From NCBI GenBank assembly GCA_965204375.1, contig OZ241986.1:1984001-2048000 (forward strand): a stretch of DNA of 64,000 bases, given 5' to 3'. Within the stretch, counting starts at the first letter, position 1, and each line of letters opens with the position of its first letter. Origin of the DNA: Candidatus Latescibacterota bacterium (GTDB lineage: Bacteria > Latescibacterota > UBA2968). The notes below the pieces were generated by a model. That model saw nothing but the letters and a program-made list of their open reading frames with translations. It searched no databases and was not told the origin of the DNA. Shown piece by piece: positions 1-10,697 of this stretch. Both the position numbers and the translations under genes were made by a program.

Positions 1-2146
1 GCACGCCATAGGGATGCCCCGGATTGGGAACCTCGACAATATGCGCATCAATCATCGGCAAATCCAAACACGTCGGCATGCGATAATCCAATAAGCTGCT
101 ATTCCGCAAAATGCCATCTTCATCGTACACATACTCTTCATTGAGCGCCCAACCAATCGCCTGCGCCACGCCGCCCTGCATCTGTCCCTCTACATAAGGC
201 GGATAAATCGCTTTCCCAGCATCCTGGAAAATCGACGCACGCAAAATATCTACTTTGCCCGTATCGGGATCGACCTCCACATCCACAATCGCCACCGCAT
301 AAGCACCCCCAACACCTGTGGGTTTTGCCGTGGCGCGCCCCATCACCGGTCCGCCTGTTGAATCGAGTTTGGCCGCCAAATCCTTAAACGTAATCGACTT
401 TGACGGATCGGACTTCGAGCGGAACACAGCCTGATCGAACTCGACATCATCCTCGGAAATCTCCCACAGGATTGCCGCACGCGCCATCATCTGCTCTTTG
501 ATATCCTGCGCGCACTTATAAGCCGCCCAACCCGTCGCAAATGTCGTGCGAGAACCACCCGTCACACCCGTATAACCAATCGAATCCGTATCGCCCACCT
601 GCGGGCGAATCTGCTGTTCTGAAATACCCAGCACCTCGGCCATCTGCATCGCAACCGACGTGCGCGTACCCCCAATATCTGTCGAACCTTCCACCAGATT
701 GATCGTGCCATCGTCATTCACACTCGCAGCCGCACTCGAAACACCACCTCCATTGCCCCAGAAACCAGACGCCACGCCGCGACCGCGATATTTTCCATTC
801 AGCGCAGTCTGATAATGGTCAGAAGAGACTGCAGCGCGAACGCATTCCTCGTGTCCAATGCGCTTATTCACGGGACCATCTGCGCGACGCGTACCTTCTT
901 TTGCAGAATTGCTCAACCGAAATTCCAGCGGATCGACCCCCAATTTCTCTGCGAGCTCATCCACCACGGTTTCAACGGCAAAAGCCGCATTCGTCGTGCC
1001 CGGCGCGCGATAGGCCGAAGAGGAGGGCTTGTTGTTCACCACATCATAACCATCCACCAGAACATGCGGGATAACATAAGGCGCAAGCATATTGCGCGCC
1101 CCTGCCCCCACGGGACTGCCGGAAAAAGCCCCCGCCTCATAAACCAATTTACTCTCAGCAGCCACGAGCTTGCCATCATTGGTCGCCCCCATCTTCACCC
1201 GAATCCACGAACCCGACGTTGGGCCAGTCGCCTGCAAGACCTCGGTGCGGGTCATAATCATTTTCACCGGATGCCCGGTTTTTCTCGACAACAGCGCGGC
1301 AATCGGTTCCAAATACGCTTTGATCTTCCCGCCAAATCCCCCGCCAATCTCCAGGGGCACAACCTTAATTTGCGACACGGGAATACCCAAAATCCTCGCG
1401 GTCTGATCCCGCACGCCAAACGCACCCTGATTGCTGCACCAGATCGTCACCACATCATCGGCATTCCACAACACCGTGGCATTTTGCGGCTCGATATAGC
1501 CCTGATGCACCATATCCGTGAGAAACTCGCGCTCGACAACCATATCCGATTCGGCAAATCCCTGTTCAATATCGCCCAATTCCGTGCGAAAATGCGACGC
1601 CACATTGCTGAAATTATCGCTCCTCTCGCCCATCGAATTGGTTCTCTGATCTTCATGCACCAGAGGCGCATCATCCTTCATCGCCTCCCGCACATCCAGC
1701 ACATGGGGCAACACCTCGTATTCGACCTCAATCAAATCCAAGGCTTCTTCGGCAATATGGACATTGGTCGCCGCCACCGCCGCCACGGGATACCCCTGAT
1801 AGAGCACCTTTTCACGTGCCAATACCGCCGCACACATATCCTTAACCCGCACCACCTCTTCGCCCAAATCGGCCAACTGCTCCTCGGCATTAAGTGCCAA
1901 ATCCTGTCCCGTAACAACCGCGCGCACGCCTTCAAGCGCTTCGGCCTTGCTCGTATCAATCGACTTAATCCGAGCGTGCGCGTGCGGACTTCGCAAAACG
2001 CTGGCATGCAACATATCGGGCAAATTGAGGTCCGTACCGTAAATCGCCCTGCCCGTCACCTTATCCGCGCCATCGTGCCGCACAGGCCGCGTCCCCACGA
2101 CCTTGTAATCCGTAATACCCAAATAATCTTCCTGTGGAATCGCCAT
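1..2146 (-). CDS. Xanthine dehydrogenase/aldehyde oxidoreductase family molybdopterin-binding subunit (3' end runs off the window)
   Basis: Not in the ORF track because it has no stop in the window. Manual translation from ATG 2146 gives MAIPQEDYLGITDYKVVGTRPVRHDGADKVTGRAIYGTDLNLPDMLHASVLRSPHAHARI, then GGGFGGK, QGGVAQAIGWALNEE and DYRMPT. AGGAGG RBS at about 2152-2157. Confidence 0.92.
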   Translation of the reverse strand, partial: MAIPQEDYLGITDYKVVGTRPVRHDGADKVTGRAIYGTDLNLPDMLHASVLRSPHAHARIKSIDTSKAEALEGVRAVVTGQDLALNAEEQLADLGEEVVRVKDMCAAVLAREKVLYQGYPVAAVAATNVHIAEEALDLIEVEYEVLPHVLDVREAMKDDAPLVHEDQRTNSMGERSDNFSNVASHFRTELGDIEQGFAESDMVVEREFLTDMVHQGYIEPQNATVLWNADDVVTIWCSNQGAFGVRDQTARILGIPVSQIKVVPLEIGGGFGGKIKAYLEPIAALLSRKTGHPVKMIMTRTEVLQATGPTSGSWIRVKMGATNDGKLVAAESKLVYEAGAFSGSPVGAGARNMLAPYVIPHVLVDGYDVVNNKPSSSAYRAPGTTNAAFAVETVVDELAEKLGVDPLEFRLSNSAKEGTRRADGPVNKRIGHEECVRAAVSSDHYQTALNGKYRGRGVASGFWGNGGGVSSAAASVNDDGTINLVEGSTDIGGTRTSVAMQMAEVLGISEQQIRPQVGDTDSIGYTGVTGGSRTTFATGWAAYKCAQDIKEQMMARAAILWEISEDDVEFDQAVFRSKSDPSKSITFKDLAAKLDSTGGPVMGRATAKPTGVGGAYAVAIVDVEVDPDTGKVDILRASIFQDAGKAIYPPYVEGQMQGGVAQAIGWALNEEYVYDEDGILRNSSLLDYRMPTCLDLPMIDAHIVEVPNPGHPYGV

Positions 2147-2228
2147 TTATTCCTCCTGTAATAATAAAATTGCAATCCTGATCGACTAAAAAAAATAATG
2201 CAGACCGCGCCCCCTGTCCAGTCTTTAA

Positions 2229-3128
2229 TCAAGCATCGCTTATCTTGATACCGGACAGGGTCTCAATAGTCTTTGTCACGGCTGAAAAATCGAGTGCGCC
2301 AGCACCCAGGCTACTGGCGGCCGCATACATTTGATAAGCCACAGCACCCAGAGGCACGGGCACATTCATTGCGCGGCCCATCTCCACGCCAATACCGATA
2401 TCCTTCTTCATCAGATCGAGCATAAATCCCGGCGCGTACTCATCCTTAAACACAAAATCCGCAACGCGCGCCTGAAAAGCCGACGAATCGCCCGAACTCA
2501 CGCTAATCACCTGCCGCATCACCTCGGGATCGGCACCCGCTTTAACGCCCAATGTAAGCCCCTCTGCAATCGCAGCCATCGTAATACCGCCGAGCAACTG
2601 ATTGACAATTTTAACCGTTTGCCCCACGCCAACATCGCCCACATGAAAAATATTCTCACTATTGCCCATCGCGTCAAAAATCCCCTCACAGCGATCAAAA
2701 TCGGCCTTTGCCCCGCCCGCAATAATAGTCAGCGTGCCGTTAATCGCCCCAATATCGCCGCCACTTACCGGCGCATCCATCACGCGAACCCCATTTTGCG
2801 AAGCCTGTTCTGCCACATCTTGAATCGTCAACGGCGAAATCGTACTCATATCCACAATGAGATCGCCTTCAGATGCCCCGGCCAAAACACCCTCATCGCC
2901 CAAAATGACCTCGCGCACCTCGGGATCAGCCGTCACAATCGTAATAATAATATCCGCAGCCTCGCCCACCGCCTGTGACGAAGGCACAAAAGTCGCCCCC
3001 GCGCCCTCCATCTCGGCCACAATCTCGTCTCGCCGTGCGTAAAAGACCACATCAAAATCCGCCTTCAAAAGATTGTGACACATAGGCTTGCCCATAATCC
3101 CCAAACCGACAAATCCAATCTTATCCAT
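2229..3128 (-). CDS. NAD(P)-dependent beta-hydroxyacid dehydrogenase (2-hydroxy-3-oxopropionate reductase / 3-hydroxyisobutyrate dehydrogenase family)
   Basis: IGFVGLGIMG Rossmann motif, DAPVSGG, catalytic K in KIVNQ, and GFMLDLMKKD. Start moved to ATG 3128, which follows an AGGAG RBS. Confidence 0.9.
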   Translation of the reverse strand: MDKIGFVGLGIMGKPMCHNLLKADFDVVFYARRDEIVAEMEGAGATFVPSSQAVGEAADIIITIVTADPEVREVILGDEGVLAGASEGDLIVDMSTISPLTIQDVAEQASQNGVRVMDAPVSGGDIGAINGTLTIIAGGAKADFDRCEGIFDAMGNSENIFHVGDVGVGQTVKIVNQLLGGITMAAIAEGLTLGVKAGADPEVMRQVISVSSGDSSAFQARVADFVFKDEYAPGFMLDLMKKDIGIGVEMGRAMNVPVPLGAVAYQMYAAASSLGAGALDFSAVTKTIETLSGIKISDA

Positions 3129-3233
3129 CTCACCACTCCTTCTCTGGTAAAACATCTATTTGTCTTTGACAACTATAATACTTCGATATAATATAACCGC
3201 ATCCCACCCTATCATCAGAAAAAAGAGCCAACC

Positions 3234-4781
3234 ATGAACACAAAAACATCCTCCGACCCTTTACTTATCGGCATCGATGTGGGAACCACCAACATCAAAG
3301 CTCTGATCTTCGATCCTCGGGGGCACGAAATCGCCCGCGCACAGGCCAAAACGCCCACGCACCATCCACAGCCGGAATGGGCGTATTACAAACCAGAAGA
3401 ACTCTGGGAAACCGTGTGCGGCGTCTTAAAAAAGGCTGTCGCACAAATCGACAACCCCGCCAATATCACCGGCATAGCCACCGCGAGCATTGGCGAAACG
3501 GGCGTCCCAATCAACAAACGCGGAAACCCAACCGGTCCTGCAATTGCGTGGTTTGATCAGCGCACCCGCCCGCAATGCGAACAACTGCAAAAAATCTTTG
3601 ACCGCGACGAACTCTTCTCGCTTACAGGGCTTCCACTGCAACCTATTTCTGGTCTGTGCAAAATCCTCTGGATACGCGAACATCAGCCCGAAGCCTTTGC
3701 ACGCACTGCGACTTGGCTCAACACTGCCGATTATATTGCCTTCCGACTATCGGGCATACCCGCCACCGACTATTCCCTCGCCTCTCGCACCCTTGCCTTT
3801 GACCTCCACAGGCGGCAATGGGCAAACGATCTTCTCAGTGAAGTCCGTCTTTCTCCAAATATCTTCGCGCCACTTTGCACTGCGGGAACAGACCTGGGTC
3901 CCATCCTTCCCGACATCGCACGCGAAATCGGCCTGCCCCTGCACACGCGAATATGCGCTGGTGGACACGACCATATTTGCGGCGCACTTGCCGTCGGCGT
4001 TACAGAGCCGGGAACAATGCTCAATTCTCTGGGCACCGCAGAAGCCATGTGCCTGCCCATTTCCCAGCCGCTTACAGACCCGCAAATAGGCCGCCAGAAC
4101 TTCACCGTAGGCGCACATGTCGCACCCGATCAATATTACTTCCTCGGCGGATTATTCACAAGCGGTGCGAGCATCGAGTGGTTCCGCAGTTTATTTGGCG
4201 AAGGCGCAGACTATAAAACCTTAATTTCCGAAGCGAGCGAATCACCCCCCGGCAGCCTGGGCGTTGGCTTTCTTCCACAACTGCGCTTTACCAACCCACC
4301 CCATGCAGAAGCCATAGCGCGCGGAACATTTATTGGCCTGACACCCGATGTCAACCGAGGTACGCTCTTTCGCGCAATCCTCGAAGGTCTATCTATGGAA
4401 ATGCGCCATATTATCGACGCGTCCAAATCTCATCCCGGCGTGCCCGAAACAAAAAATATCGTCGCAATCGGCGGCGGCGTACGCAATCAACTCCTCATGC
4501 AAATCAAAGCCACCGTTCTCGACCAGCCCATCGCCATTGCTGAAATGGATGAAGCAACGGCCCTGGGCGCAGCAGTACTCGCCGGATTGGGCACAGGAAT
4601 TTACACCGACGTAGCCGATGCCCTGCACACGCTTGACATTCCCATGCAGACCATTCATCCCATACCCGATCAGGTCGCGCACTACAACAGAATTTACAAC
4701 CGCGTACACAAACAAATTTACCCGGCAGTACAAGACCTGCACCACCGGATTGACCAGATCCAGATGACAACGATCAGATAA
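3234..4781 (+). CDS. FGGY-family carbohydrate kinase (xylulokinase-like)
   Basis: IGIDVGTT, WFDQR, GGHDH, AILEG, IGGG and ATALGAA motifs. Confidence 0.9.
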   Translation: MNTKTSSDPLLIGIDVGTTNIKALIFDPRGHEIARAQAKTPTHHPQPEWAYYKPEELWETVCGVLKKAVAQIDNPANITGIATASIGETGVPINKRGNPTGPAIAWFDQRTRPQCEQLQKIFDRDELFSLTGLPLQPISGLCKILWIREHQPEAFARTATWLNTADYIAFRLSGIPATDYSLASRTLAFDLHRRQWANDLLSEVRLSPNIFAPLCTAGTDLGPILPDIAREIGLPLHTRICAGGHDHICGALAVGVTEPGTMLNSLGTAEAMCLPISQPLTDPQIGRQNFTVGAHVAPDQYYFLGGLFTSGASIEWFRSLFGEGADYKTLISEASESPPGSLGVGFLPQLRFTNPPHAEAIARGTFIGLTPDVNRGTLFRAILEGLSMEMRHIIDASKSHPGVPETKNIVAIGGGVRNQLLMQIKATVLDQPIAIAEMDEATALGAAVLAGLGTGIYTDVADALHTLDIPMQTIHPIPDQVAHYNRIYNRVHKQIYPAVQDLHHRIDQIQMTTIR

Positions 4782-6558
4782 TTTCGTTTTTTTTAACTCC
4801 CATATTCCGAAATTGCAAATCGCACAACTCGCGATAAATTCCACCCCTATCAAACAAAGCCCCATGCGTTCCGCGCTGCGCGATCTCGCCACGATCCAGC
4901 ACCAGAATGCAATCCGCATGTTGCACTGTTGACAACCGATGTGCAATAATAAACGTCGTGCGTCCCGCCATCAGCCGTTCCAAAGCCTGTTGCACCTGTG
5001 CTTCTGAAGCCGAATCCAGCGATGAAGTGGCTTCATCCAGCAACAAAATGCGCGCGTCTTTCAACAGAGCACGCGCAATCGCAACCCTCTGCCGCTGTCC
5101 CCCACTCAATTTCACGCCCTTTTCCCCAACCAACGCACCGTACCCATCTGGCAATTCCACAATAAAATCGTGGGCATTCGCATCTCGGGCTGCCTGCTCA
5201 ACCTCATCATCCGTCGCATCCAATCGCCCGTATCGGATATTTTCACCAATGGAGGTACCAAACAAATCCACATCCTGTGATACCAGCGCGATCTGTTCGC
5301 GCAGCGATACAATCTGCACATCGCGCACATCCACGCCATCCACGCGCACAACCCCAGAGGTCGCATCGTAAAACCTCGGAATCAGATTCATCAGCGTCGT
5401 TTTGCCCGCGCCACTCGCCCCCACAAGTGCTATCGTCTGCCCGGGCAGGGTCTCAAACGAAATCCCTTTGATCACCGGGCGGTCGGGCTGGTATCCAAAC
5501 CACACATCTTCAAACGCCACGGCACCGCGAACATCTGCAAGCGGAAACGCACCCTCGCCATCGGCAATCTCTGGTCGCGACTCGAGTAACTCAAAAATGT
5601 GTTCTGACGCGCCCACAGCAGAATTTAAGGACGCATAAAGACGCGTAATCCCCATCACAGATCGGGCAATATTCATCGCGTAAAAGATAAACGCCACCAG
5701 ATCGCCCGCCGATAAACGCCCGGCCAGCACCTCCGTGCCCCCATACCAGAAAATCACCACCAGCGCCAGCATAAAAAGAAATGCGATACAAGCCGAAAAA
5801 ACCGCTTCCATAATCACGCGATAGCGCGACGTGCGAAACAAATCTTCGTTTGCCTCGCCATATCGATTCACCTCAAAAACTTCGCGTGCAAACGCCTTGA
5901 CAACCCGCACAGCCGACAGGGCTTCTTCGGCAATCGCAGTCGTATCGCCCAACCGATCCTGCACCGTGCGAGATAACTCGCGGATGCGCTGTCCAAAATA
6001 GCGCGTCCCAACAGCGGCAACTGGCGCGGCAGCAAACACCACCAGACTCAATCGCCAATTGAGAGCAACCATAGCCGCCACAGAGCCAACAGTCATAATC
6101 CCCGTCATCAAAACCTGCGAAATAGCCCCCGTCGCGGCATTTCTGATAGCTCCCACATCATTTGTCAGACGCGACATGAGTTCGCCCAACCTGTGATCAG
6201 CATAAAAGCGAAGCCCCAAAAGGTGCAAATGCGCGTAAACCTTCTTTCGCAGATCCGTCACCACGCGCTCACCCACCCAGGAAATCCAGTAATGGCTACC
6301 CACATGCAAAAGCGACTGAAGCACAAACAGCACCAGCATGCCAAGTGCCAGCAAATCCAACTGGTGTCTATCCCCCTGCTCAAACACGGAATCCAATAGC
6401 GACCGCAAGCCCAGCGGAATCATCAGCCACACACCTGAGGAAAACGCGGTAAATACCAGCCCCAGAACGAGCCGAAATAGGTATGGCCGGGCAAAAGCAA
6501 AAATGCGCTTCCACGCCAGCCACAATGCTACGGGGGAATATGTCTGGTTCTTATTCAT
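4774..6558 (-). CDS. ABC exporter, fused permease/ATPase (MsbA-like)
   Basis: Hydrophobic N-terminal domain, GASGAGKT Walker A, LSGGQRQR signature, LLLDEATSSLD and IAHRLST. Confidence 0.92.
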   Translation of the reverse strand: MNKNQTYSPVALWLAWKRIFAFARPYLFRLVLGLVFTAFSSGVWLMIPLGLRSLLDSVFEQGDRHQLDLLALGMLVLFVLQSLLHVGSHYWISWVGERVVTDLRKKVYAHLHLLGLRFYADHRLGELMSRLTNDVGAIRNAATGAISQVLMTGIMTVGSVAAMVALNWRLSLVVFAAAPVAAVGTRYFGQRIRELSRTVQDRLGDTTAIAEEALSAVRVVKAFAREVFEVNRYGEANEDLFRTSRYRVIMEAVFSACIAFLFMLALVVIFWYGGTEVLAGRLSAGDLVAFIFYAMNIARSVMGITRLYASLNSAVGASEHIFELLESRPEIADGEGAFPLADVRGAVAFEDVWFGYQPDRPVIKGISFETLPGQTIALVGASGAGKTTLMNLIPRFYDATSGVVRVDGVDVRDVQIVSLREQIALVSQDVDLFGTSIGENIRYGRLDATDDEVEQAARDANAHDFIVELPDGYGALVGEKGVKLSGGQRQRVAIARALLKDARILLLDEATSSLDSASEAQVQQALERLMAGRTTFIIAHRLSTVQHADCILVLDRGEIAQRGTHGALFDRGGIYRELCDLQFRNMGVKKNEII

Positions 6559-6652
6559 AAAAAGCTTTCAGCAGTCAGCAAAAACCTTCTGGACCGCGGC
6601 TCAACACCATGCCGCGATGACGACGGCCTTTGAACTATTCATCTCACCTTTT

Positions 6653-6683
6653 ATCTGTGTCTATCTGCGTTTATCTGCGGATA
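6653..6683. repeat. ATCTGYGTYY decamer tandem repeat ending in ATCTGCGGATA
   Basis: atctgtgtct-atctgcgttt-atctgcggata. It overlaps the last codons and stop of the hydantoinase B gene. Confidence 0.75.
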
Positions 6684-8376
6684 CTTTTTGCCTCAAAACA
6701 GCGGTCTCCTCAACATCCACCTCGAGATCAGCCGTAATTGCCACGCCATAAGCGTCTCGCGCAGCTTCTATCGATAGCCGTTCCTGTACGACATCCTCCA
6801 GCACTCTTTGGGGATCGCGTTCAAAAGGCGACCCATAGCCTCCACCGCCCGGAATACGCAATGTCACCGACTGCCCGGGTTGGAGATCATAGCGCCCCTT
6901 TGGCGGCAGAACAGTACCATCCGACAAAAAAAGTTCGCCGCACCTGCCATCGCGCCCTCCCAAAAAACCGCGCGGCGCATAGCGCGTGCGATCGTACATA
7001 CACGAATGCAGCGCGGGATGATCAGAGTCAACAGACAACACCATCTCCTGCCCCAGACCACCCCGAAAAGTACCCGCACCTCCAGAATCCGGAATCAACG
7101 CGCGCCTGTGCATAATCACCGGCGACACGGACTCAATCGCTTCGGCAGGCACGCCCTTAATCCCGCTGGGAAAAGCCGTCGCCGAAATCCCATCGTCGCC
7201 GGGACGCGCGCCCATACCCCCCGCGGAAAAAAAGATATATGCAAAGCGTTCACCCGTGCGACCTATCCCCTCCAACTGCGTATTCCAAAGCCCAGCCGAT
7301 CCATCGGCAATCACCCGATCGGGAATCGCCTGAGACAGTGCTCCAAACAGCGGTTGTGAAAGAAAATGCCCAACCAGATGCCGCGCACCCACGGCACAGG
7401 GAAATTGCGCGTTTAAGATACATCCCTCGGGTGCCGTAACTGTTATGGGACGAAAACTGCCTTCATTATTGGGAATATGCGGACTAATGGCGCATTTCAA
7501 GGGATAAGTCGTATAGGCATGCGTATAATTGTACACCACATTGATCCCGCGATCTACCTGTGACGACGTGCCCGTATAATCAACAATCAAACTGCGATCT
7601 TCGACAATAACTTTTGCGCGAATAACCAGCGGTCTATCGTACCCATCGAGTTTCACCTCATCCTCATAAACGCCATTTGCAATCTCCGAAATCGCCTCTC
7701 GAGTTGCCGCTTCTGACCGATCCAAAATCAGCGTCGATAACCCTTCGATATCTGCGAGATCGTAATGTTCCAGAGCCTGAAGCAACTTGACAGCCCCCAC
7801 ATCATTCCCCGCCTGCTGCGCGTACAAATCGCCGACTACCTGATCAGGCTCGCGCACATTTGCCCGCACAATTGCGATCAAATCGCGATTGATCTCCCCT
7901 TCATCAAACAATTTCATAATCGGGATATTCAGGCCCTCTTCATACACCTGACGCGCACCGGCCCCCAGCGTGCGACCGCCAATATCCATTGCGTGGCAGG
8001 TATTGGCAAACCACCCCACCCCCCGGTCCCGATAAAAAACGGGCGTAACAACCGTAATATCGTGCAAATGCCCCGATCCCAGCCACGGATCATTGGTGAG
8101 CAAACTATCGCCGGGTTTCAGCGTATCAATCGGATACGCCTTCACAAAATGCCGCACGCAATTCGCCATTGTATTGATATGCCCCGGCGTTCCCGTCACC
8201 GCTTGTGCCAGCATATTGCCCGCGCGGTCAAACACCCCCGCAGACAAATCGCCAGCCTCGCGCACCACCGTTGTAAAAGAAGCATGCATCAATGCTGCTG
8301 CCTGCTCATTCACAATAGAAATAAGGCGATTCCAAAGCACTTCTAACTCAACCGCATCGATCTCGCGCCCCGTCAT
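6661..8376 (-). CDS. Hydantoinase B / 5-oxoprolinase family subunit
   Basis: NDPWLGSGHLHD, HAMDIGG, EEGLNIP, DSGGAGTFRGGLG and PGGGGYGSP motifs. Confidence 0.92.
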   Translation of the reverse strand: MTGREIDAVELEVLWNRLISIVNEQAAALMHASFTTVVREAGDLSAGVFDRAGNMLAQAVTGTPGHINTMANCVRHFVKAYPIDTLKPGDSLLTNDPWLGSGHLHDITVVTPVFYRDRGVGWFANTCHAMDIGGRTLGAGARQVYEEGLNIPIMKLFDEGEINRDLIAIVRANVREPDQVVGDLYAQQAGNDVGAVKLLQALEHYDLADIEGLSTLILDRSEAATREAISEIANGVYEDEVKLDGYDRPLVIRAKVIVEDRSLIVDYTGTSSQVDRGINVVYNYTHAYTTYPLKCAISPHIPNNEGSFRPITVTAPEGCILNAQFPCAVGARHLVGHFLSQPLFGALSQAIPDRVIADGSAGLWNTQLEGIGRTGERFAYIFFSAGGMGARPGDDGISATAFPSGIKGVPAEAIESVSPVIMHRRALIPDSGGAGTFRGGLGQEMVLSVDSDHPALHSCMYDRTRYAPRGFLGGRDGRCGELFLSDGTVLPPKGRYDLQPGQSVTLRIPGGGGYGSPFERDPQRVLEDVVQERLSIEAARDAYGVAITADLEVDVEETAVLRQKVSADKRR

Positions 8377-10448
8377 ACATCCTCCCTGATGAGAATCAGG
8401 TTATCCGTATCATCGACATGCAACACCCATCCGGGCGGCAATACTGTAGTGGATTCAACTTCCTCGACAATAGCGGGACCTTGCAAAACAGCCCCTCTTC
8501 CGAGTTTGTCTCGCCTGTAAACCAAAGTCCCGTATTTCCCTTCCGAAAAAAGAACGTCGCGCTGTCCCTCAGCGCGCTGACCACCTGCGTCTCCAACAGA
8601 TGCAACATCGCAAATTTCCGGCTCTGGCCCCGAAACCGTCACGCGCCAGTGGATAGCCTCAACGGGAACTCCCTCACACAGACGTCCGTATAATTTTTTA
8701 TAAGACGCATCAAAAGCCGCTTGAAGCGCGCCATCGGAACTTTCCGTGAATTCTCCCAGAGGCACGGGAACGCTTATCTCATGCCCCTGCCCCACATATC
8801 GCATATCTGAAGAGCGTACCACGCGGATCTCAGAATCATCAATCCCCGCCTCTCGCACAAGCGCGCGGCCTTCATCTTCCATCTCTCCATAGAGCTTATT
8901 GACAACCTCACGATCCAACGCAGCGATCCGCGACACAAAACTCCGCACATAATCAAAAGCAATGGGCGCGAGCATCAAACCAAAAGCCGACCCAACACCC
9001 GCAGCTGGCGGCACAATCACCCTGTCAATCCCCAACCGCATCGCAACCCCGCATGCGTGTACAGGACCAGCCCCACCCGTTGCGACAAGCGCGTATCCAT
9101 TCAAATCGATCCCGCGCTCAGCAGCGTGAACCCGCGCGGCATTGGCCATATTTTCATTCACCAAATCGTGAATTCCCTGTGCGGCACGCACGCGATCCAA
9201 TCCGGTAAATTGTGCAAATTCATCAACTGCATCCGCAGCGCGATCCACATCCAGATCCATTTGTCCGCCCAAAAAATACCCGGCATTCAAATAGCCCAAC
9301 AAAAGATCGGCATCCGTCACCGTAGGCAACTGCCCCCCACGCGCATAACAGGCAGGACCGGGATCTGCCCCCGCACTCTGCGGCCCAACCGTGGGCAAAC
9401 CCAATTCACTCGCATGCGCGGTACTGCCCCCACCTGCTCCAATCTCGATCATATCGAGCACGGGCACGAGCAAAGGCAACCCGCTGCCGCGCTTGAAGCG
9501 ATAAACCCTTGCCACTTCTGATTCAGTCGTAATGGGAAACGCCCCATTTTCGCTCAAAATGGCCTTTGCCGTCGTACCTCCCATATCAAATGCGAGAATC
9601 TGCCGATACCCCGACCGATTGCCATAATGCGCCGCGGCAAGCGCGCCGCCGCATGGACCGGATTCCACGAGACGCACGGGAAAGCGCACCGCGGTCTGCA
9701 CCGAACACGACCCGCCGTTAGAGAGCATAATATGCAGCGGTGCCAAAATCCCCAGTGCCTTTAACCCATCTTCCAAACGCGCGAGATATTTTTCCACCAT
9801 AGGCTGCACATAAGCATTTGCCACAGTCGTAGAAGTGCGCTCAAATTCTCGAAGTTCGGCGGCAACCCTGTGCGAAACCGAAATGCCTACACCGGGCATA
9901 AGAGAGCGCACAATTTCCTCTGCCCGGCGTTCGTGATCGGGATTGACATAAGCGTGCAAAAATGCAATGGCAACCGCCTCCACCCCGCCCTCGCGCAGCA
10001 CCTCACAGGCTTTGACCACATCACCTTCATTTAATGGCGTCATCACCTCGCCACGCGCGTACAGCCGCTCCCGCACCTCAACGCGCAACCGCCTTTCAAC
10101 GAGCGGTTCGGGCAATTTCAAAAACAAATCGTAGATATCGTAACGCCCCTCGCGCCCAATTTCCAGCGCGTCTCGAAAACCCGCTGTCGCAATCAGTCCG
10201 GTCTTAGCCCCCCGGCGCTCAATCAGCGCGTTTGTCACCAGCGTCGTACCGTGAACCGCACGGGAAATCGCGCCGGGCGACACCCCATCGAGCACCTCTT
10301 TCACACCTTCCAGCACACTGACCGAAGGGTCTGGAGACTGCGTCAACACCTTCGCCACAGACAAAACACCCGAAGCGTGTTCTCTCAACACAACATCTGT
10401 AAACGTACCGCCGATATCTATTGCAAGTGTATATGCCTCCTCATTCAC
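8373..10448 (-). CDS. Hydantoinase A / 5-oxoprolinase family subunit
   Basis: IDIGGTFTD, HGTTLVTNAL, DMGGTT, IGAGGGS and SAGADPGPACY motifs. GTG 10448 has the best spacing to AGGAG. Overlaps the B subunit by ATGA. Confidence 0.92.
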   Translation of the reverse strand: MNEEAYTLAIDIGGTFTDVVLREHASGVLSVAKVLTQSPDPSVSVLEGVKEVLDGVSPGAISRAVHGTTLVTNALIERRGAKTGLIATAGFRDALEIGREGRYDIYDLFLKLPEPLVERRLRVEVRERLYARGEVMTPLNEGDVVKACEVLREGGVEAVAIAFLHAYVNPDHERRAEEIVRSLMPGVGISVSHRVAAELREFERTSTTVANAYVQPMVEKYLARLEDGLKALGILAPLHIMLSNGGSCSVQTAVRFPVRLVESGPCGGALAAAHYGNRSGYRQILAFDMGGTTAKAILSENGAFPITTESEVARVYRFKRGSGLPLLVPVLDMIEIGAGGGSTAHASELGLPTVGPQSAGADPGPACYARGGQLPTVTDADLLLGYLNAGYFLGGQMDLDVDRAADAVDEFAQFTGLDRVRAAQGIHDLVNENMANAARVHAAERGIDLNGYALVATGGAGPVHACGVAMRLGIDRVIVPPAAGVGSAFGLMLAPIAFDYVRSFVSRIAALDREVVNKLYGEMEDEGRALVREAGIDDSEIRVVRSSDMRYVGQGHEISVPVPLGEFTESSDGALQAAFDASYKKLYGRLCEGVPVEAIHWRVTVSGPEPEICDVASVGDAGGQRAEGQRDVLFSEGKYGTLVYRRDKLGRGAVLQGPAIVEEVESTTVLPPGWVLHVDDTDNLILIREDV

Positions 10449-10526
10449 CCTCATACTCCTTTGCATTTTTATTTGTTTCGCGTAAAATAAAGAACAGCCC
10501 CTTTACCAACAAAGACAAAATTGACC

Positions 10527-10555
10527 TTGACAAGCCATGATCCTTTTTGTAATTT
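10527..10555 (+). promoter_or_regulatory. Sigma70-like promoter for tRNA-Gly
   Basis: TTGACA-17 bp-TAATTT. Confidence 0.6.
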
Positions 10556-10572
10556 TTGAGTCCTCATAATGA

Positions 10573-10649
10573 GCGGGAATAGCTCAGCTGGCTAGAGCAT
10601 CTGCTTGCCATGCAGAAGGTCGCGGGTTCGAATCCCGTTTCCCGCTCCA
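10573..10649 (+). tRNA. tRNA-Gly(GCC)
   Basis: GCGGGAA/TTCCCGC acceptor stem, anticodon arm TCTGC-TTGCCAT-GCAGA, GGTTCGAATCC T-arm, encoded CCA. Confidence 0.97.
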
Positions 10650-10656
10650 TTAATCC

Positions 10657-10683
10657 AACCCGTTAAATTAACGGGTTTTTTTT
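10657..10683 (+). terminator. Intrinsic terminator after tRNA-Gly
   Basis: AACCCGTT-AAATT-AACGGGTT hairpin followed by a T-run. Confidence 0.7.
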
Positions 10684-10697
10684 GTGGAGCAAACCGC

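Noticed and set aside
815-2161. 448-aa plus-strand ORF
   Set aside because: Antisense shadow of the molybdopterin oxidoreductase on the minus strand; no motifs.
10605-10697. ORF-track N-terminal extension of the aminotransferase
   Set aside because: It overlaps tRNA-Gly and its terminator; a downstream TTG with an RBS is more plausible.
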